Shown: one piece after another, positions 38,800-48,243 of the stretch | Position numbering within the stretch: the first letter of the stretch is position 1 | How the letters are laid out: each line of letters starts with the position of its first letter | Virus record (IMG/VR): IMGVR_UViG_3300042261_002390 | Location: 182,150-246,149 of that record | Reading direction: 5' to 3' (one strand) | DNA length: 64,000 bases | Notes under the pieces: generated by a model | Told to the model about the DNA's origin: nothing | Databases searched by the model: none | Seen by the model: the letters and a program-made list of their open reading frames with translations, nothing else | Made by a program: the position numbers and the translations under genes

Positions 38800-39079
38800 T
38801 TGGAAGCTTGATAAGCTTCAAAAGGGTGAATCGTTTACGACCAGTGAAAAAGGTAATTCGATGATTCCGTTAATAAAATCCGGACAAGAACATGTTTTAG
38901 CACCAGTTAAGCTTGAAGATGTCAAATGTGATGATATTGTTTACTGCAAAGTTAAGGGCAAATTTTATACACATTTGGTGAAAGCAGTTGGCGAACGTGG
39001 TGTTCTTATTGGGAACAATCGTGGCGGTATTAATGGATGGACTAAACAAGTTTACGGCAAAGTAATACAAATACTATAA
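38789..39079 (+). CDS. S24/S26 peptidase-like domain protein
   Basis: KGNSMIPLIKSGQ (Ser) and FYTHLVK; internal ATG MNINWK. Confidence 0.65.
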   Translation: MNINWKLDKLQKGESFTTSEKGNSMIPLIKSGQEHVLAPVKLEDVKCDDIVYCKVKGKFYTHLVKAVGERGVLIGNNRGGINGWTKQVYGKVIQIL

Positions 39080-39083
39080 GATT

Positions 39084-39266
39084 ATGAATATTGATTTAAC
39101 AGAAAAGGAACGTGAAGCCTTCGATAAATTTATCGAAAACTTACCTCAGAAATATAAATATGAGAAGGTTAAATTAATTTTTACTTATAGTAGCGGTATT
39201 GGTCGTGGAGTTAGTGTCAAAGTGAAGAAATTGAAAAAAGATATTACCGATTACGATTCGTGGTAA
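39084..39266 (+). CDS. small hypothetical protein
   Basis: 60 aa; YSSGIGRGV...KDITDYDSW. Confidence 0.6.
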   Translation: MNIDLTEKEREAFDKFIENLPQKYKYEKVKLIFTYSSGIGRGVSVKVKKLKKDITDYDSW

Positions 39267-39277
39267 TCTAAAAATAT

Positions 39278-39462
39278 ATAACAAATCCGCAGCAGTAGTT
39301 TATTTGTTCTATGAAATGTTCGTGATGGATGTTAGGTGAAAGCTGACTGAGACATTCGGATAAAAAGTCAGAAATGATGAAGCAACCGACAGTAGCATTG
39401 AAGCGCAAAATGTGTGTAGTAAAGTAAGAGAGCATTTAAATTATCCCAAACGGATTTGTTAT
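39278..39462 (+). ncRNA. candidate structured ncRNA
   Basis: ORF-free 185 nt closed by a perfect 12-bp ATAACAAATCCG/CGGATTTGTTAT stem. Confidence 0.5.
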
Positions 39463-39475
39463 TTTTTATGAAATT

Positions 39476-39501
39476 TGTAACCTTTTTATAACTGAAACGT
39501 A
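39476..39501 (+). promoter_or_regulatory. ECF-type promoter TGTAAC-N16-CGTA
   Basis: Recurrent intergenic motif. Confidence 0.7.
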
Positions 39502-39536
39502 TAAGAGAAAAAATATAACAATTAAAACTTTTTGAA

Positions 39537-40115
39537 ATGAAAAAATTACTGATTTTACTTTTGACTTTAATGGTAACATTTATCACAGTAAATGCTCAAA
39601 CAACAGCAGCACAGCCTGTTGAGCAAATTTTAGTTAATGCTACCGACCTCACTCCTGCACAATTACAGAAAATTAAAACAGATGCCGAACTTTCCGATTT
39701 GAAAAAGAAAGTTGAAACCTATGGAAATTGGGTTGGCGTTGGTAAAGAAGTTGGCATTGCTATCAAAGAAGGTTTGCTTGCCGTAGTTGACGTATCCGAA
39801 AAATTTGGAAACACTAAGGTTGGCACATTTACAATGGTAATGGTCGCATATAAAATCATTGGTCGTGATATGATTCGAATTGCTATTGGAATATTGTTCT
39901 TATTAGTTTTTATTCCTTTCCTGTGGCGATATTACAGAACTACATTTATGACTCACCGGGTTAAACAATCTGATAATGGGTGGAAATTCTGGCTTCCTAA
40001 TAAATATACTTTAGTCGAACCTGATACATATGATGGCTACGAGTTTGTGAAATTCTTAACTGTTGTAGCATTAGCGGGTGGATTCGGTATTGCTTATATG
40101 ATTATGTTCGCATAA
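39537..40115 (+). CDS. secreted/membrane protein
   Basis: Signal peptide (VNAQ) and C-terminal TM helices. Confidence 0.75.
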   Translation: MKKLLILLLTLMVTFITVNAQTTAAQPVEQILVNATDLTPAQLQKIKTDAELSDLKKKVETYGNWVGVGKEVGIAIKEGLLAVVDVSEKFGNTKVGTFTMVMVAYKIIGRDMIRIAIGILFLLVFIPFLWRYYRTTFMTHRVKQSDNGWKFWLPNKYTLVEPDTYDGYEFVKFLTVVALAGGFGIAYMIMFA

Positions 40116-40136
40116 AACATTAAAAATCAAAAAATT

Positions 40137-40331
40137 ATGAAATACTTTTTAATAGTTCTTGCATTCATTTTAGGCTTATTTGCTTCACATTACATTTTCA
40201 ACGATGTAAATGTATGGTTGGGATGGATTGCTTACATCGCAACAATCGGATTAACATTACGGTACGTCATTAAGAAGCTAATATCCTTAGCTAAGGGCGA
40301 CCAAACCAAAGTTGACTCAAAAAAGAATTAA
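40137..40331 (+). CDS. small membrane protein
   Basis: Two TM segments. Confidence 0.65.
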   Translation: MKYFLIVLAFILGLFASHYIFNDVNVWLGWIAYIATIGLTLRYVIKKLISLAKGDQTKVDSKKN

Positions 40332-40364
40332 TTAATATTATTAACATTTAAAAAATCAATTAAA

Positions 40365-41174
40365 ATGAGAAATTTGTTTATTTTACTTACAGTATTTGCT
40401 CTTGCAGTATTAACCTCTTGTGAGAGGGTTGCTCCTAACTATCAGGGTGTCTTGATGGAAAATTACGGAAAAAACGGTAAATCCGACTTTAAATTAGAAA
40501 AGGGACGTGTTAACACAATGATGCCGGGAACAGAATTGTTTCAAGTACCTCTATGGGAACAGCGTGGTGTATTTCAAAACGAAGATGGTAGCGACCGGGT
40601 TTTACATTTGAAAGCAGCCGATAATACCGATTTTACTTCTCGCCCGATGTACAGCTATAAAGTAATTGAAAGTTCTGCCGTTGATGTAGTTTTCGATAAT
40701 AAACAGCTTGGTGCAGGTGAGGATTTCATGGCATCGTTGGAGAATAACGTGTTAGAGCCACATATCTATGATTTAATGAAAGAAGAAAGCCGGAAATTTA
40801 AGACCGATGAACTTATGGCTGATGGCGGGTCATTAAAATTTGAAACTGCATTGCAGGAAGTAGTTCAAAATGATTTCAAAAAACGTGGATTGGAATTGTT
40901 GACATTCTCGGCACAGCTTGAATTTACCGATAAGGTTAAAGAGCGTATTGATACCCGAAATGAAGTAAATACCAATATTAGCGTAATTGACCAACAGATT
41001 GAAGAACAGAAGAAAAAGAATGAACTTGCTGCATTGAAAGCACAAGAAAATCTTATCCTGTCAAAAGGTCTTACCCAAGAAATTCTGTTACAGCAGTTTA
41101 TCGCTAAGTGGGATGGTGCAACACCGATTTACACCAATACACCAATAAGTGCTTTGGTTAGCGGAAAGAAATAA
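40365..41174 (+). CDS. SPFH/Band 7 domain lipoprotein
   Basis: LTSCERV lipobox, GVLMENYGK, C-terminal coiled coil ending QFIAKWDG. Confidence 0.85.
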   Translation: MRNLFILLTVFALAVLTSCERVAPNYQGVLMENYGKNGKSDFKLEKGRVNTMMPGTELFQVPLWEQRGVFQNEDGSDRVLHLKAADNTDFTSRPMYSYKVIESSAVDVVFDNKQLGAGEDFMASLENNVLEPHIYDLMKEESRKFKTDELMADGGSLKFETALQEVVQNDFKKRGLELLTFSAQLEFTDKVKERIDTRNEVNTNISVIDQQIEEQKKKNELAALKAQENLILSKGLTQEILLQQFIAKWDGATPIYTNTPISALVSGKK

Positions 41175-41197
41175 GAAAAGAAAAAGATTAGATTATG

Positions 41198-41231
41198 AAA
41201 CCACACTAGTGAAAATTAGTGTGGTTTTTTT
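41198..41231 (+). terminator. intrinsic terminator
   Basis: AAACCACACTA / TAGTGTGGTTT hairpin plus a T run. Confidence 0.75.
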
Positions 41232-41257
41232 GTAACATTTATTATCTTTGTGACGTA
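41231..41257 (+). promoter_or_regulatory. ECF-type promoter TGTAAC-N17-CGTA
   Basis: Recurrent intergenic motif. Confidence 0.7.
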
Positions 41258-41278
41258 TAAGTAGCAAATAATTAAATC

Positions 41279-42094
41279 ATGATTAAGAGCATTACAATTA
41301 AAAGAACTGGCGCACATAATTTTACAAATAAGTTATATCATAATAAAAATAAGGATGTTACTTATGAGTTTACTGATGGCGTTAATATAGTTACCGGAAG
41401 AAATGGTAGTGGTAAATCAGTTTTATTAAACCTGATTAAGACTAGTTGCGGAGGAACTAAAGACGTTTCTTACCCAACTATGCCTAATCCATTTGATGCA
41501 CACCCAATTGGTAGTAATATTTGGCATACCATGCCTGAAATCATAAAAAAAAGGTTGAAAAATCGAGATTATCCCAATACTGACATTAGTTGGGATGGAA
41601 CTATGTTTCATCATTTAACTGCTGATTTTTTCAATCCAAAAGCAGCATGGGATAGATTAGATAACCCGATGCAGGTAATTAAAAATGAACTTTTTAGTGG
41701 TGGTGAGTCTTTATCGTTAATGATGAGTAATAATTCAAAAGGTGAATCTGCAATTGGATTATTGATTAAATTATATGATTTGGGTAGCGATTTTGAACGC
41801 AGACTGACTAAACGTGATGCCAATGATGTATGGGTTAAATCTAGCGATGTTTTTCACGATTGGCTTGAATCATTCACAAGTGAGAAAGGCAAACCTACAC
41901 TATTGATTGATGAACTTGATACTCATTTGGATTTAGATAATCAAAAAGTTTATTGGGATTACATTAATCATTTGACAAAAAAATGGCAAGTAATTGTCGT
42001 TAGTCATTCAATATTTGCATTTCATGTTAAAGATGCAAATTACATCAACTTGAATCCGGAATACTACAACAAAGTAAAAAAAATCATATTATGA
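41279..42094 (+). CDS. ABC/SMC-type AAA ATPase
   Basis: Walker A GRNGSGKS, Walker B LLIDE, H-loop VVSHS. Confidence 0.85.
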   Translation: MIKSITIKRTGAHNFTNKLYHNKNKDVTYEFTDGVNIVTGRNGSGKSVLLNLIKTSCGGTKDVSYPTMPNPFDAHPIGSNIWHTMPEIIKKRLKNRDYPNTDISWDGTMFHHLTADFFNPKAAWDRLDNPMQVIKNELFSGGESLSLMMSNNSKGESAIGLLIKLYDLGSDFERRLTKRDANDVWVKSSDVFHDWLESFTSEKGKPTLLIDELDTHLDLDNQKVYWDYINHLTKKWQVIVVSHSIFAFHVKDANYINLNPEYYNKVKKIIL

Positions 42095-43035
42095 GTTGGA
42101 AAACATTGAATATTGAATTAGCACCGTTAAAATATAAGCCTGAGATTGGGGATTTTATTTTATCAAAAATAGTTGAGCCTATTGAGTTTGGCGATTATTA
42201 TAGTGCAGGAATTAAGATTTGCGAACCATATAATTGTAAAACAATAAACTATGGTGTATATATTTTGTCTGATGAGCCATATAAAAAAGGTGAACCTATT
42301 TTCTCATATATTCATAATGAAGCATCGTATGCATTTAGTGCTTCATCAGGTAACTCAACAGTAAATAAGAAGATTATTGCTACTAACGATAAATCGTTAA
42401 AAGTAATAAGAGGTTATGAAGATATTTCTCACATGCCGATATATTCAGCGTTACCTAAAATACATGCCAATTGGTTCGAAGTATATGTTTCGAGATTGAA
42501 TTTTGACGAAAAAATCACTAAGGTTAATGTTGAATATGTTGAGAAACATTCATATCGTAAAAGTGGTAAATTTGATATTAATGGTGTTGAAATTATCGAA
42601 GGAAGTATAATCAATGGCGATGGTTATAAATCAGACTTGAATGAGCACTATTTTCATTGCGTTGAATATTGTGATGGTATATTCGGAAGCGATATTTATT
42701 CGGATTTCGAAGCCTTGTCAACATATAAAAAGATTGAAGTTATTGGTCATATAAGCGATTATCCCGAAATTGTTAATAATTATGTTCCCGAAGATTGGTC
42801 TGGAAACTTAGGTGCATGTTTATATGGTAGTGATGTGAGCGACGTACTAGCATTAGATTCAAATAATTGCGTTAAATTAATGATTCCTTCGGACTCAAAT
42901 GCATTACCAATAGATGCTATCAAAAATATTATTGGGTATGTTGACACACCCATTGGGAGAAGAAAATATCCTCAAGAAGTTGTCGAATCAGTACAAGAGT
43001 TGAAGAAATGGATTGAAAACAATAAATTAAATTAA
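42091..43035 (+). CDS. hypothetical protein with an inserted YopX-like segment; paralog of 58279-58920
   Basis: DINGVEIIEGSII...IEVIGHISDYPE; shares YILSDE..KKG, KKIIAT.D.SL and KV.VEY with the 58279 gene. Confidence 0.65.
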   Translation: MSWKTLNIELAPLKYKPEIGDFILSKIVEPIEFGDYYSAGIKICEPYNCKTINYGVYILSDEPYKKGEPIFSYIHNEASYAFSASSGNSTVNKKIIATNDKSLKVIRGYEDISHMPIYSALPKIHANWFEVYVSRLNFDEKITKVNVEYVEKHSYRKSGKFDINGVEIIEGSIINGDGYKSDLNEHYFHCVEYCDGIFGSDIYSDFEALSTYKKIEVIGHISDYPEIVNNYVPEDWSGNLGACLYGSDVSDVLALDSNNCVKLMIPSDSNALPIDAIKNIIGYVDTPIGRRKYPQEVVESVQELKKWIENNKLN

Positions 43036-43037
43036 TC

Positions 43038-43220
43038 ATGATTACAAAAATTTTATTTGCTGCAGCATGTGTGCTTGCATTTTTAGGGAATTTCGATTTT
43101 ATCACCTACACATTAAAGAGTGCACCAAAAATTTCAATATTTCCGAGATGGTTTTGGTTTTTGAGTTTTGTTTCTGATGCGGTTTTGGCGTATTGGTATC
43201 TTAACGGAATGAAGTTTTAA
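43038..43220 (+). CDS. small membrane protein
   Basis: 60 aa, hydrophobic. Confidence 0.6.
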   Translation: MITKILFAAACVLAFLGNFDFITYTLKSAPKISIFPRWFWFLSFVSDAVLAYWYLNGMKF

Positions 43221-43230
43221 ATTAAAAACA

Positions 43231-44253
43231 ATGCAGCCGATATTATTAACACGTGATGATTTCCGGAATGGCGTTTTTGAGCGTGATTCTCATAAATGCG
43301 TTATCTGCAAGAAACCTGCAGTTGACGCACATCACATTATTGAGCGCAGACTATTTTCAAATGGTGGATACTACATCGAGAATGGCGCATCGCTTTGCGC
43401 TGAACACCATGTTGAAGCAGAGCAAACCACATTATCTTGTGATGTGATTCGTGAAAAATGTGGCATTGAAACTATCGTATTGCCTGACCATTTTTATGAT
43501 GATAATGAATACGATAAGTGGGGAAATATCATATTGCCGAATGGTAACAGGGTTAAAGGCGAATTATTCTATGATGAAAGCGTTCAGAAGATACTGAAAC
43601 AAGGTGGCGTGTTGGATTTATTTGTTAAGTATGTAAAGTACCAAAGAACTTTCCATTTACCGTGGAGTAATCTGTTGAAAGACGATAGAATTCTTGAAAA
43701 CGATAATCATTTTCACGGTAAACGTGTCGTCGTGACACTTAAAATGGATGGTGAAAATACTACTATGTATAACGACCATATTCATGCACGTTCATTAGAA
43801 TCAGCTAGTCATGAAACACGTAATTGGGCTAAGGGTTTATGGTCTAGGATTTCATATTTACTTGATGATAACATGCGCATTTGTGGTGAAAACCTATATG
43901 CAGTTCATTCTGTTAAGTATGAGGAATTACCAACGTATTTTATGATGTTTTCAATCTGGATTGATAACAAATGCTTGTCTTGGGATGAAACCCAAGAATA
44001 TGCCAAAATTCTTGGATTAGAGACAGTCCCGGTCTTCTATGATGGAATTTACGATAAAGACAAAATAATCGCCGAATTCGAGAAATACAGGCTTAAAAAC
44101 GAAGGATATGTTATTCGTTTAGCTGATGAATTTTATTATCAGGATTTCCGCAAATCTATTGCAAAATACGTGCGTCCAGAGTTTAGACAAATCGTCAATA
44201 ACTCACATGGACACTGGATTTCGAAAAAAGTTGAACCAAATAAATTAAAATAA
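43231..44253 (+). CDS. HNH domain fused to an ATP-dependent RNA ligase domain
   Basis: CVIC...DAHHII...NGASLCAEHH; TLKMDGENTT, ICGEN, FSIW, EGYVIR, AKYVR. Confidence 0.85.
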   Translation: MQPILLTRDDFRNGVFERDSHKCVICKKPAVDAHHIIERRLFSNGGYYIENGASLCAEHHVEAEQTTLSCDVIREKCGIETIVLPDHFYDDNEYDKWGNIILPNGNRVKGELFYDESVQKILKQGGVLDLFVKYVKYQRTFHLPWSNLLKDDRILENDNHFHGKRVVVTLKMDGENTTMYNDHIHARSLESASHETRNWAKGLWSRISYLLDDNMRICGENLYAVHSVKYEELPTYFMMFSIWIDNKCLSWDETQEYAKILGLETVPVFYDGIYDKDKIIAEFEKYRLKNEGYVIRLADEFYYQDFRKSIAKYVRPEFRQIVNNSHGHWISKKVEPNKLK

Positions 44254-44801
44254 TGAAGGAGCAGAAATATAAATTAGTTGAAAAAGCATATTGTATTGAT
44301 TTAATTCGTATTAAACATGGATATGAATATTCTCTAGTAGTTTGTCACGCAAAAAACCTGAACGCAGCTAAATCGATTATCTATAAATTGATTAAAAACG
44401 AGGGAATGGAAAACTGCTATGATGAACCAATATCACTCGCAAATATTCCGGTTATTAGATATGAAAATTCAGACCACTATTTTTTCGAAAATAAGATTAT
44501 GACTCTTAGGGAAATTAATGGTACTGTTAAAGAAAGACTAAGGATAGCTAAACTCGAACGATTGTTGAATGATGAATCAATTAAATTCTGCCACATTTGT
44601 AAACATGGTTCGTATTATCGCCCAAATTCTGCCGGATATACCGATTATCTTTCTCGTGCAGGTGTATATGAAAAAAAGGAAGCGATTGAGCATGCCAGAC
44701 GTTGCGATGAACTATCGCTAATCCCTATCAATATTGAAACCCACAACAAATTAATATACGATGAAATTAAAGATTTGCAGTTATTATTAATTTCTGAATA
44801 A
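44253..44801 (+). CDS. hypothetical protein
   Basis: 182 aa; YYRPNSAGYT motif. Confidence 0.7.
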   Translation: MKEQKYKLVEKAYCIDLIRIKHGYEYSLVVCHAKNLNAAKSIIYKLIKNEGMENCYDEPISLANIPVIRYENSDHYFFENKIMTLREINGTVKERLRIAKLERLLNDESIKFCHICKHGSYYRPNSAGYTDYLSRAGVYEKKEAIEHARRCDELSLIPINIETHNKLIYDEIKDLQLLLISE

Positions 44802-44805
44802 TAAT

Positions 44806-44832
44806 TGTAACATTTAATACATTTCATACGTA
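44806..44832 (+). promoter_or_regulatory. ECF-type promoter TGTAAC-N17-CGTA
   Basis: Recurrent intergenic motif. Confidence 0.65.
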
Positions 44833-44857
44833 GAAGAGAAAAACAAATTAAAATTAT

Positions 44858-45292
44858 ATGTCATTCAATCCAGAAGAAATTAAACAAGGTAATGAAATCA
44901 TCGCCAAAGCATTGGGGTGGTTTCAGGAAGAAGGTCAGGATGGTACGTGGTTTAAAATATTCGGAAATCGCATAGTAGTCGCATACTCAATTCATAACAA
45001 TTATCCGCATAAAGACCTTCCATTTCATCGTGATTGGAATGCATTGTATGAAATAATCGAAGTCATTGAGTCATTAGACCAAGGTGAGGCATATGATTGC
45101 GGATTATCACATATGTACACTATTGAAACTACTCGTAATGGCAGCACAGCATACAGAAACTATAGAACTCGTGAACATAACGGCATTATCTGCCGGAGAA
45201 ACACCAGAGATAATCGTATTGAAAACACATGGTACGTTGTAGTTGAGTTTATTAAATGGTATCAGAAAGAAAATAATATAAGCAATGGATAG
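44858..45292 (+). CDS. hypothetical protein
   Basis: 144 aa; FHRDWNALYEIIEVIE motif. Confidence 0.7.
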   Translation: MSFNPEEIKQGNEIIAKALGWFQEEGQDGTWFKIFGNRIVVAYSIHNNYPHKDLPFHRDWNALYEIIEVIESLDQGEAYDCGLSHMYTIETTRNGSTAYRNYRTREHNGIICRRNTRDNRIENTWYVVVEFIKWYQKENNISNG

Positions 45293-45521
45293 TCTATTAA
45301 GCGGTTATTTATCATTTGGCTTGACGATGTTGAGCGATATGAAAAGACAAAACAAAGCGTGGAAAGATAGGATTCGTAAACAGTGGAAAGAATCTCAAAA
45401 TCTTCCTAGAAAGAAGAAGAAAAGTGTCCGTAAAAATCTGCTGCTTGAATGGCAAATTGCTAATTATGACCCAATGGGGTTGTATGACAATGATTTTGAT
45501 GAAATTCTTACCTTTTTGTAA
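45285..45521 (+). CDS. hypothetical protein
   Basis: 78-aa ORF. Confidence 0.6.
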   Translation: MDSLLSGYLSFGLTMLSDMKRQNKAWKDRIRKQWKESQNLPRKKKKSVRKNLLLEWQIANYDPMGLYDNDFDEILTFL

Positions 45522-45542
45522 CAAAATTTAATTCAAAACGTA
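45517..45542 (+). promoter_or_regulatory. ECF-type promoter TGTAAC-N16-CGTA
   Basis: Recurrent motif overlapping the upstream stop. Confidence 0.65.
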
Positions 45543-45551
45543 TAGGTTATT

Positions 45552-45845
45552 ATGGATAAATGGATTACATATGACGGAAGAGTTGTTGATATGAATGAAA
45601 TGTCGCATCAGCACATGAGTAACATTTATTGGTTCATAAATGTATTATTTCCCGAATCATATAATGTTTATATTCGGCATAATATCAGAACTTGGTTGAA
45701 TCTAAGATTTAAGGGTGAAGTATTACCTTACTCTCCCAAACCTGAATTTGTTGCAGAATTAAATTACTTGCGAATGAAAGGTTATCTTAAAGAAAATAAT
45801 AAAATTGTAATTGACGGTCAAGAAATTGGCAAATATAAACTTTAA
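45552..45845 (+). CDS. hypothetical protein
   Basis: 97-aa ORF. Confidence 0.65.
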   Translation: MDKWITYDGRVVDMNEMSHQHMSNIYWFINVLFPESYNVYIRHNIRTWLNLRFKGEVLPYSPKPEFVAELNYLRMKGYLKENNKIVIDGQEIGKYKL

Positions 45846-45859
45846 AAAATTTAAGTGTT

Positions 45860-46225
45860 ATGAGAAACGGTATTAAAACATTTTTTGTATTAATCATTGC
45901 GTTGGTTATTGTTGGTTCAGTATCTAAACTTTATTTTACAACAATGACTGAAGTGGTTAATAATTGCAAAGTAGAACGTTTAGTTCAGCAGCAAATTATC
46001 TCCAATGGCGATAATGGCAGTATTTCAACAGGTTACAGATATTTGGTAATAACCAATAAAGAAACCTTCATTTGTGAGAGTTCGCTATTGAATGGCAAAT
46101 TCAACAATTCAGACATTTTTTTCAGATTGAAAGAAGGCGAGACTTATAACTTTAAGGTTGCGGGTTACGGCAAAACGTTTTTCACAGACTATCGTAATCT
46201 ACTTGACATAGAACCGAAACAGTAA
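45860..46225 (+). CDS. membrane-anchored OB-fold-like protein
   Basis: N-terminal TM; YRYLVITNKETF...LKEGETYNFKVAG. Confidence 0.7.
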   Translation: MRNGIKTFFVLIIALVIVGSVSKLYFTTMTEVVNNCKVERLVQQQIISNGDNGSISTGYRYLVITNKETFICESSLLNGKFNNSDIFFRLKEGETYNFKVAGYGKTFFTDYRNLLDIEPKQ

Positions 46226-46605
46226 TGAACTACTACAAAGAAATATTATCGATTATTGAAGTATTCAGTAAAAATACTACCTTAGTTAAATCATCAGAAT
46301 ACTCAATGCTCACGCATCTGATTAAGTTATTGGGTGAGGACAGATTCAATATGATATTCAAAAGAGATTTTATTGAATCTGAAGATGATTTCGGAACTAA
46401 ATTCTGTAAATTTCATAAATCAATGCGTCAGGTTGATTTCTATAATATTTCTGATTTTGAGGGTAATGGACACTTAGATATGTTATTTTGGAATTTTATA
46501 TACATATCCAACATTCCGGAAATTATATTCAAAGCATTGTTGGAGTATATTAGCGATTGGGAATATGAACACCCGGATAATGTTGTAAGGGATTTTGCCA
46601 AATAA
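46225..46605 (+). CDS. hypothetical protein
   Basis: 126 aa, stop/start overlap. Confidence 0.65.
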   Translation: MNYYKEILSIIEVFSKNTTLVKSSEYSMLTHLIKLLGEDRFNMIFKRDFIESEDDFGTKFCKFHKSMRQVDFYNISDFEGNGHLDMLFWNFIYISNIPEIIFKALLEYISDWEYEHPDNVVRDFAK

Positions 46606-46607
46606 TT

Positions 46608-46633
46608 TGTAACTTTTTTTAATTAATTTCGTA
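46608..46633 (+). promoter_or_regulatory. ECF-type promoter TGTAAC-N16-CGTA
   Basis: Recurrent intergenic motif. Confidence 0.65.
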
Positions 46634-46654
46634 TAACAAGAAAAAAAGATTAGT

Positions 46655-47095
46655 ATGGCGTTAAGTTATAAATTTGCTAAAATTGCTGCTAGAATTCGTA
46701 GACGTTTCAGAACGAAAACGAAACGTAGCAGAGAAAAGGTAGCATTCAAATCATTATCTGCTGAACAGCTTAAAGTTTTTAATATTGTTAAAGATTTAGC
46801 TATGCAGAATAATGATGCAATTAAGTTCGACCCTAAATCAAGCGAGTCGTTAATTGTTATTCCCGATAAATTATTGGTGACTATGAAGAACGAACAGGTG
46901 CGTATTGATAATTCTAGAGGGTTTATGTCAATTCAAATGCCTAGTGAAGCATTTGATATGTTGATTGAAATTGTTGAAGCAGAAGCACATAAAGACCGGA
47001 GAAAAATAAAACAAGATGTGAAGCTTAGACTCCATTCTTTCTTGGACGATATTATTGAAAACGAAATAAAAAACACCGAAAATGAGCATAGGTAA
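46655..47095 (+). CDS. basic hypothetical protein
   Basis: 146-aa ORF. Confidence 0.7.
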   Translation: MALSYKFAKIAARIRRRFRTKTKRSREKVAFKSLSAEQLKVFNIVKDLAMQNNDAIKFDPKSSESLIVIPDKLLVTMKNEQVRIDNSRGFMSIQMPSEAFDMLIEIVEAEAHKDRRKIKQDVKLRLHSFLDDIIENEIKNTENEHR

Positions 47096-47498
47096 TACTG
47101 AAATGTACCGCAAGGTAAGTGAATTTTATCGTGAGTTAAAAGAAGATGGTGCGTATTATTCTTCTTTCGAAGCACTTGAATATATGTATCAAGCTGCTCT
47201 CGAAAAAATGGAAAATCAATCAAAAGTTATTGGCGAAATTGATAACGATTACGTTGCTGATATACTTACTAAAAGTTTTAGCAATTATGGTATTAAGTTC
47301 GTTAAACCCGAAGACAATAGGGTATTACCAACCATTAGAATTATTGTTACCGGAAACAAGTATCTTAAAGAAGATTCGTCAATAAGCCTTAGCGACGATT
47401 TTTATCGTGAACTGAGAACCATATTGGTAAGATTGAAAATAAATGATATTCAGTGGAACAACAACAGAACATCGTTTTGGTGGAATCCAAAAAAATAA
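47082..47498 (+). CDS. hypothetical protein
   Basis: 138-aa ORF. Confidence 0.65.
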   Translation: MSIGNTEMYRKVSEFYRELKEDGAYYSSFEALEYMYQAALEKMENQSKVIGEIDNDYVADILTKSFSNYGIKFVKPEDNRVLPTIRIIVTGNKYLKEDSSISLSDDFYRELRTILVRLKINDIQWNNNRTSFWWNPKK

Positions 47499-47500
47499 TT

Positions 47501-47764
47501 ATGAAACACGTAGCAGTTATATGTAGTTCGGTTGAAGACTTTAATAATTGGAAGAAAGAACAAAAACATACTTCTTTAATTAGTTCAGCCTTAAAATATG
47601 TGTTTGATGGGACGATGTATATCCGTATATCGAAAAAATATCAAATGTGTGGATATAGTTTTGATGAAATTGTTGAAACCCGGGATGCTGCAAATAATCC
47701 TGAATACCATCAGATTATGGATAACATTAAGACATGCATTAAATCAAAGGCTGATGTAAAATAG
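47501..47764 (+). CDS. hypothetical protein
   Basis: From MKHVAVIC. Confidence 0.6.
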   Translation: MKHVAVICSSVEDFNNWKKEQKHTSLISSALKYVFDGTMYIRISKKYQMCGYSFDEIVETRDAANNPEYHQIMDNIKTCIKSKADVK

Positions 47765-47775
47765 TTGCAAATAAT

Positions 47776-47802
47776 TGTAACCTTTTCATTAATACAAACG
47801 TA
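47776..47802 (+). promoter_or_regulatory. ECF-type promoter TGTAAC-N17-CGTA, upstream of the CRISPR locus
   Basis: Recurrent motif, 10 nt upstream of scaffold 1. Confidence 0.7.
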
Positions 47803-47812
47803 TAAGAAAAAA

Positions 47813-47982
47813 GTTCATTGAAAATATTAAGTATTTGCATATTTTATTATGCAAAGTGCGTGTTGTGACGCACATAGTGATTCTCGAAGAGACGAGAATG
47901 AGTTTAAACTCAGGGAAATTTCCACTCACTAACAACCAACAAATTTGTATGTTGTTATTTGTCAACACGTTATAGATAATAT
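47813..47982 (+). ncRNA. tracrRNA-like scaffold 1 (also serves as array leader)
   Basis: Near-duplicate of 49604-49776; hairpin loop GTTGTG (47862-47867) complements repeat end CACAAC; TGTCAAC (47960-47966) complements repeat GTTGACA. Confidence 0.8.
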
Positions 47983-48243
47983 GGTGTAACTAATCACAAT
48001 TTGAGAGGTTGACACAACGCTAGTCCGTAAACCCACCCCCCCAAAGGCGGTGTAACTAATCACAATTTGAGAGGTTGACACAACGCAAGCTATCAACACT
48101 AAAAAAATAATATGGTGTAACTAATCACAATTTGAGAGGTTGACACAACCAGACAGAATTACTTAAAGGTGTAACTAATCACAATTTGAGAGGTTGACAC
48201 AACTTCGGATGACCTTTAGGTGGTGTAACTAATCACAATTTGA
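47983..48243 (+). CRISPR. CRISPR array 1: 4 full 36-nt repeats plus one truncated; spacers 30, 29, 18, 18 nt
   Basis: Repeat GGTGTAACTAATCACAATTTGAGAGGTTGACACAAC at 47983, 48049, 48114, 48168; first 22 nt only at 48222. Confidence 0.93.

Noticed and set aside
39340-39385. Hammerhead ribozyme (CTGACTGA...GAC/GTC...AGAAA)
   Set aside because: Core spacing has extra nucleotides relative to CUGANGA and GAAA, and stems I and III could not be assigned.
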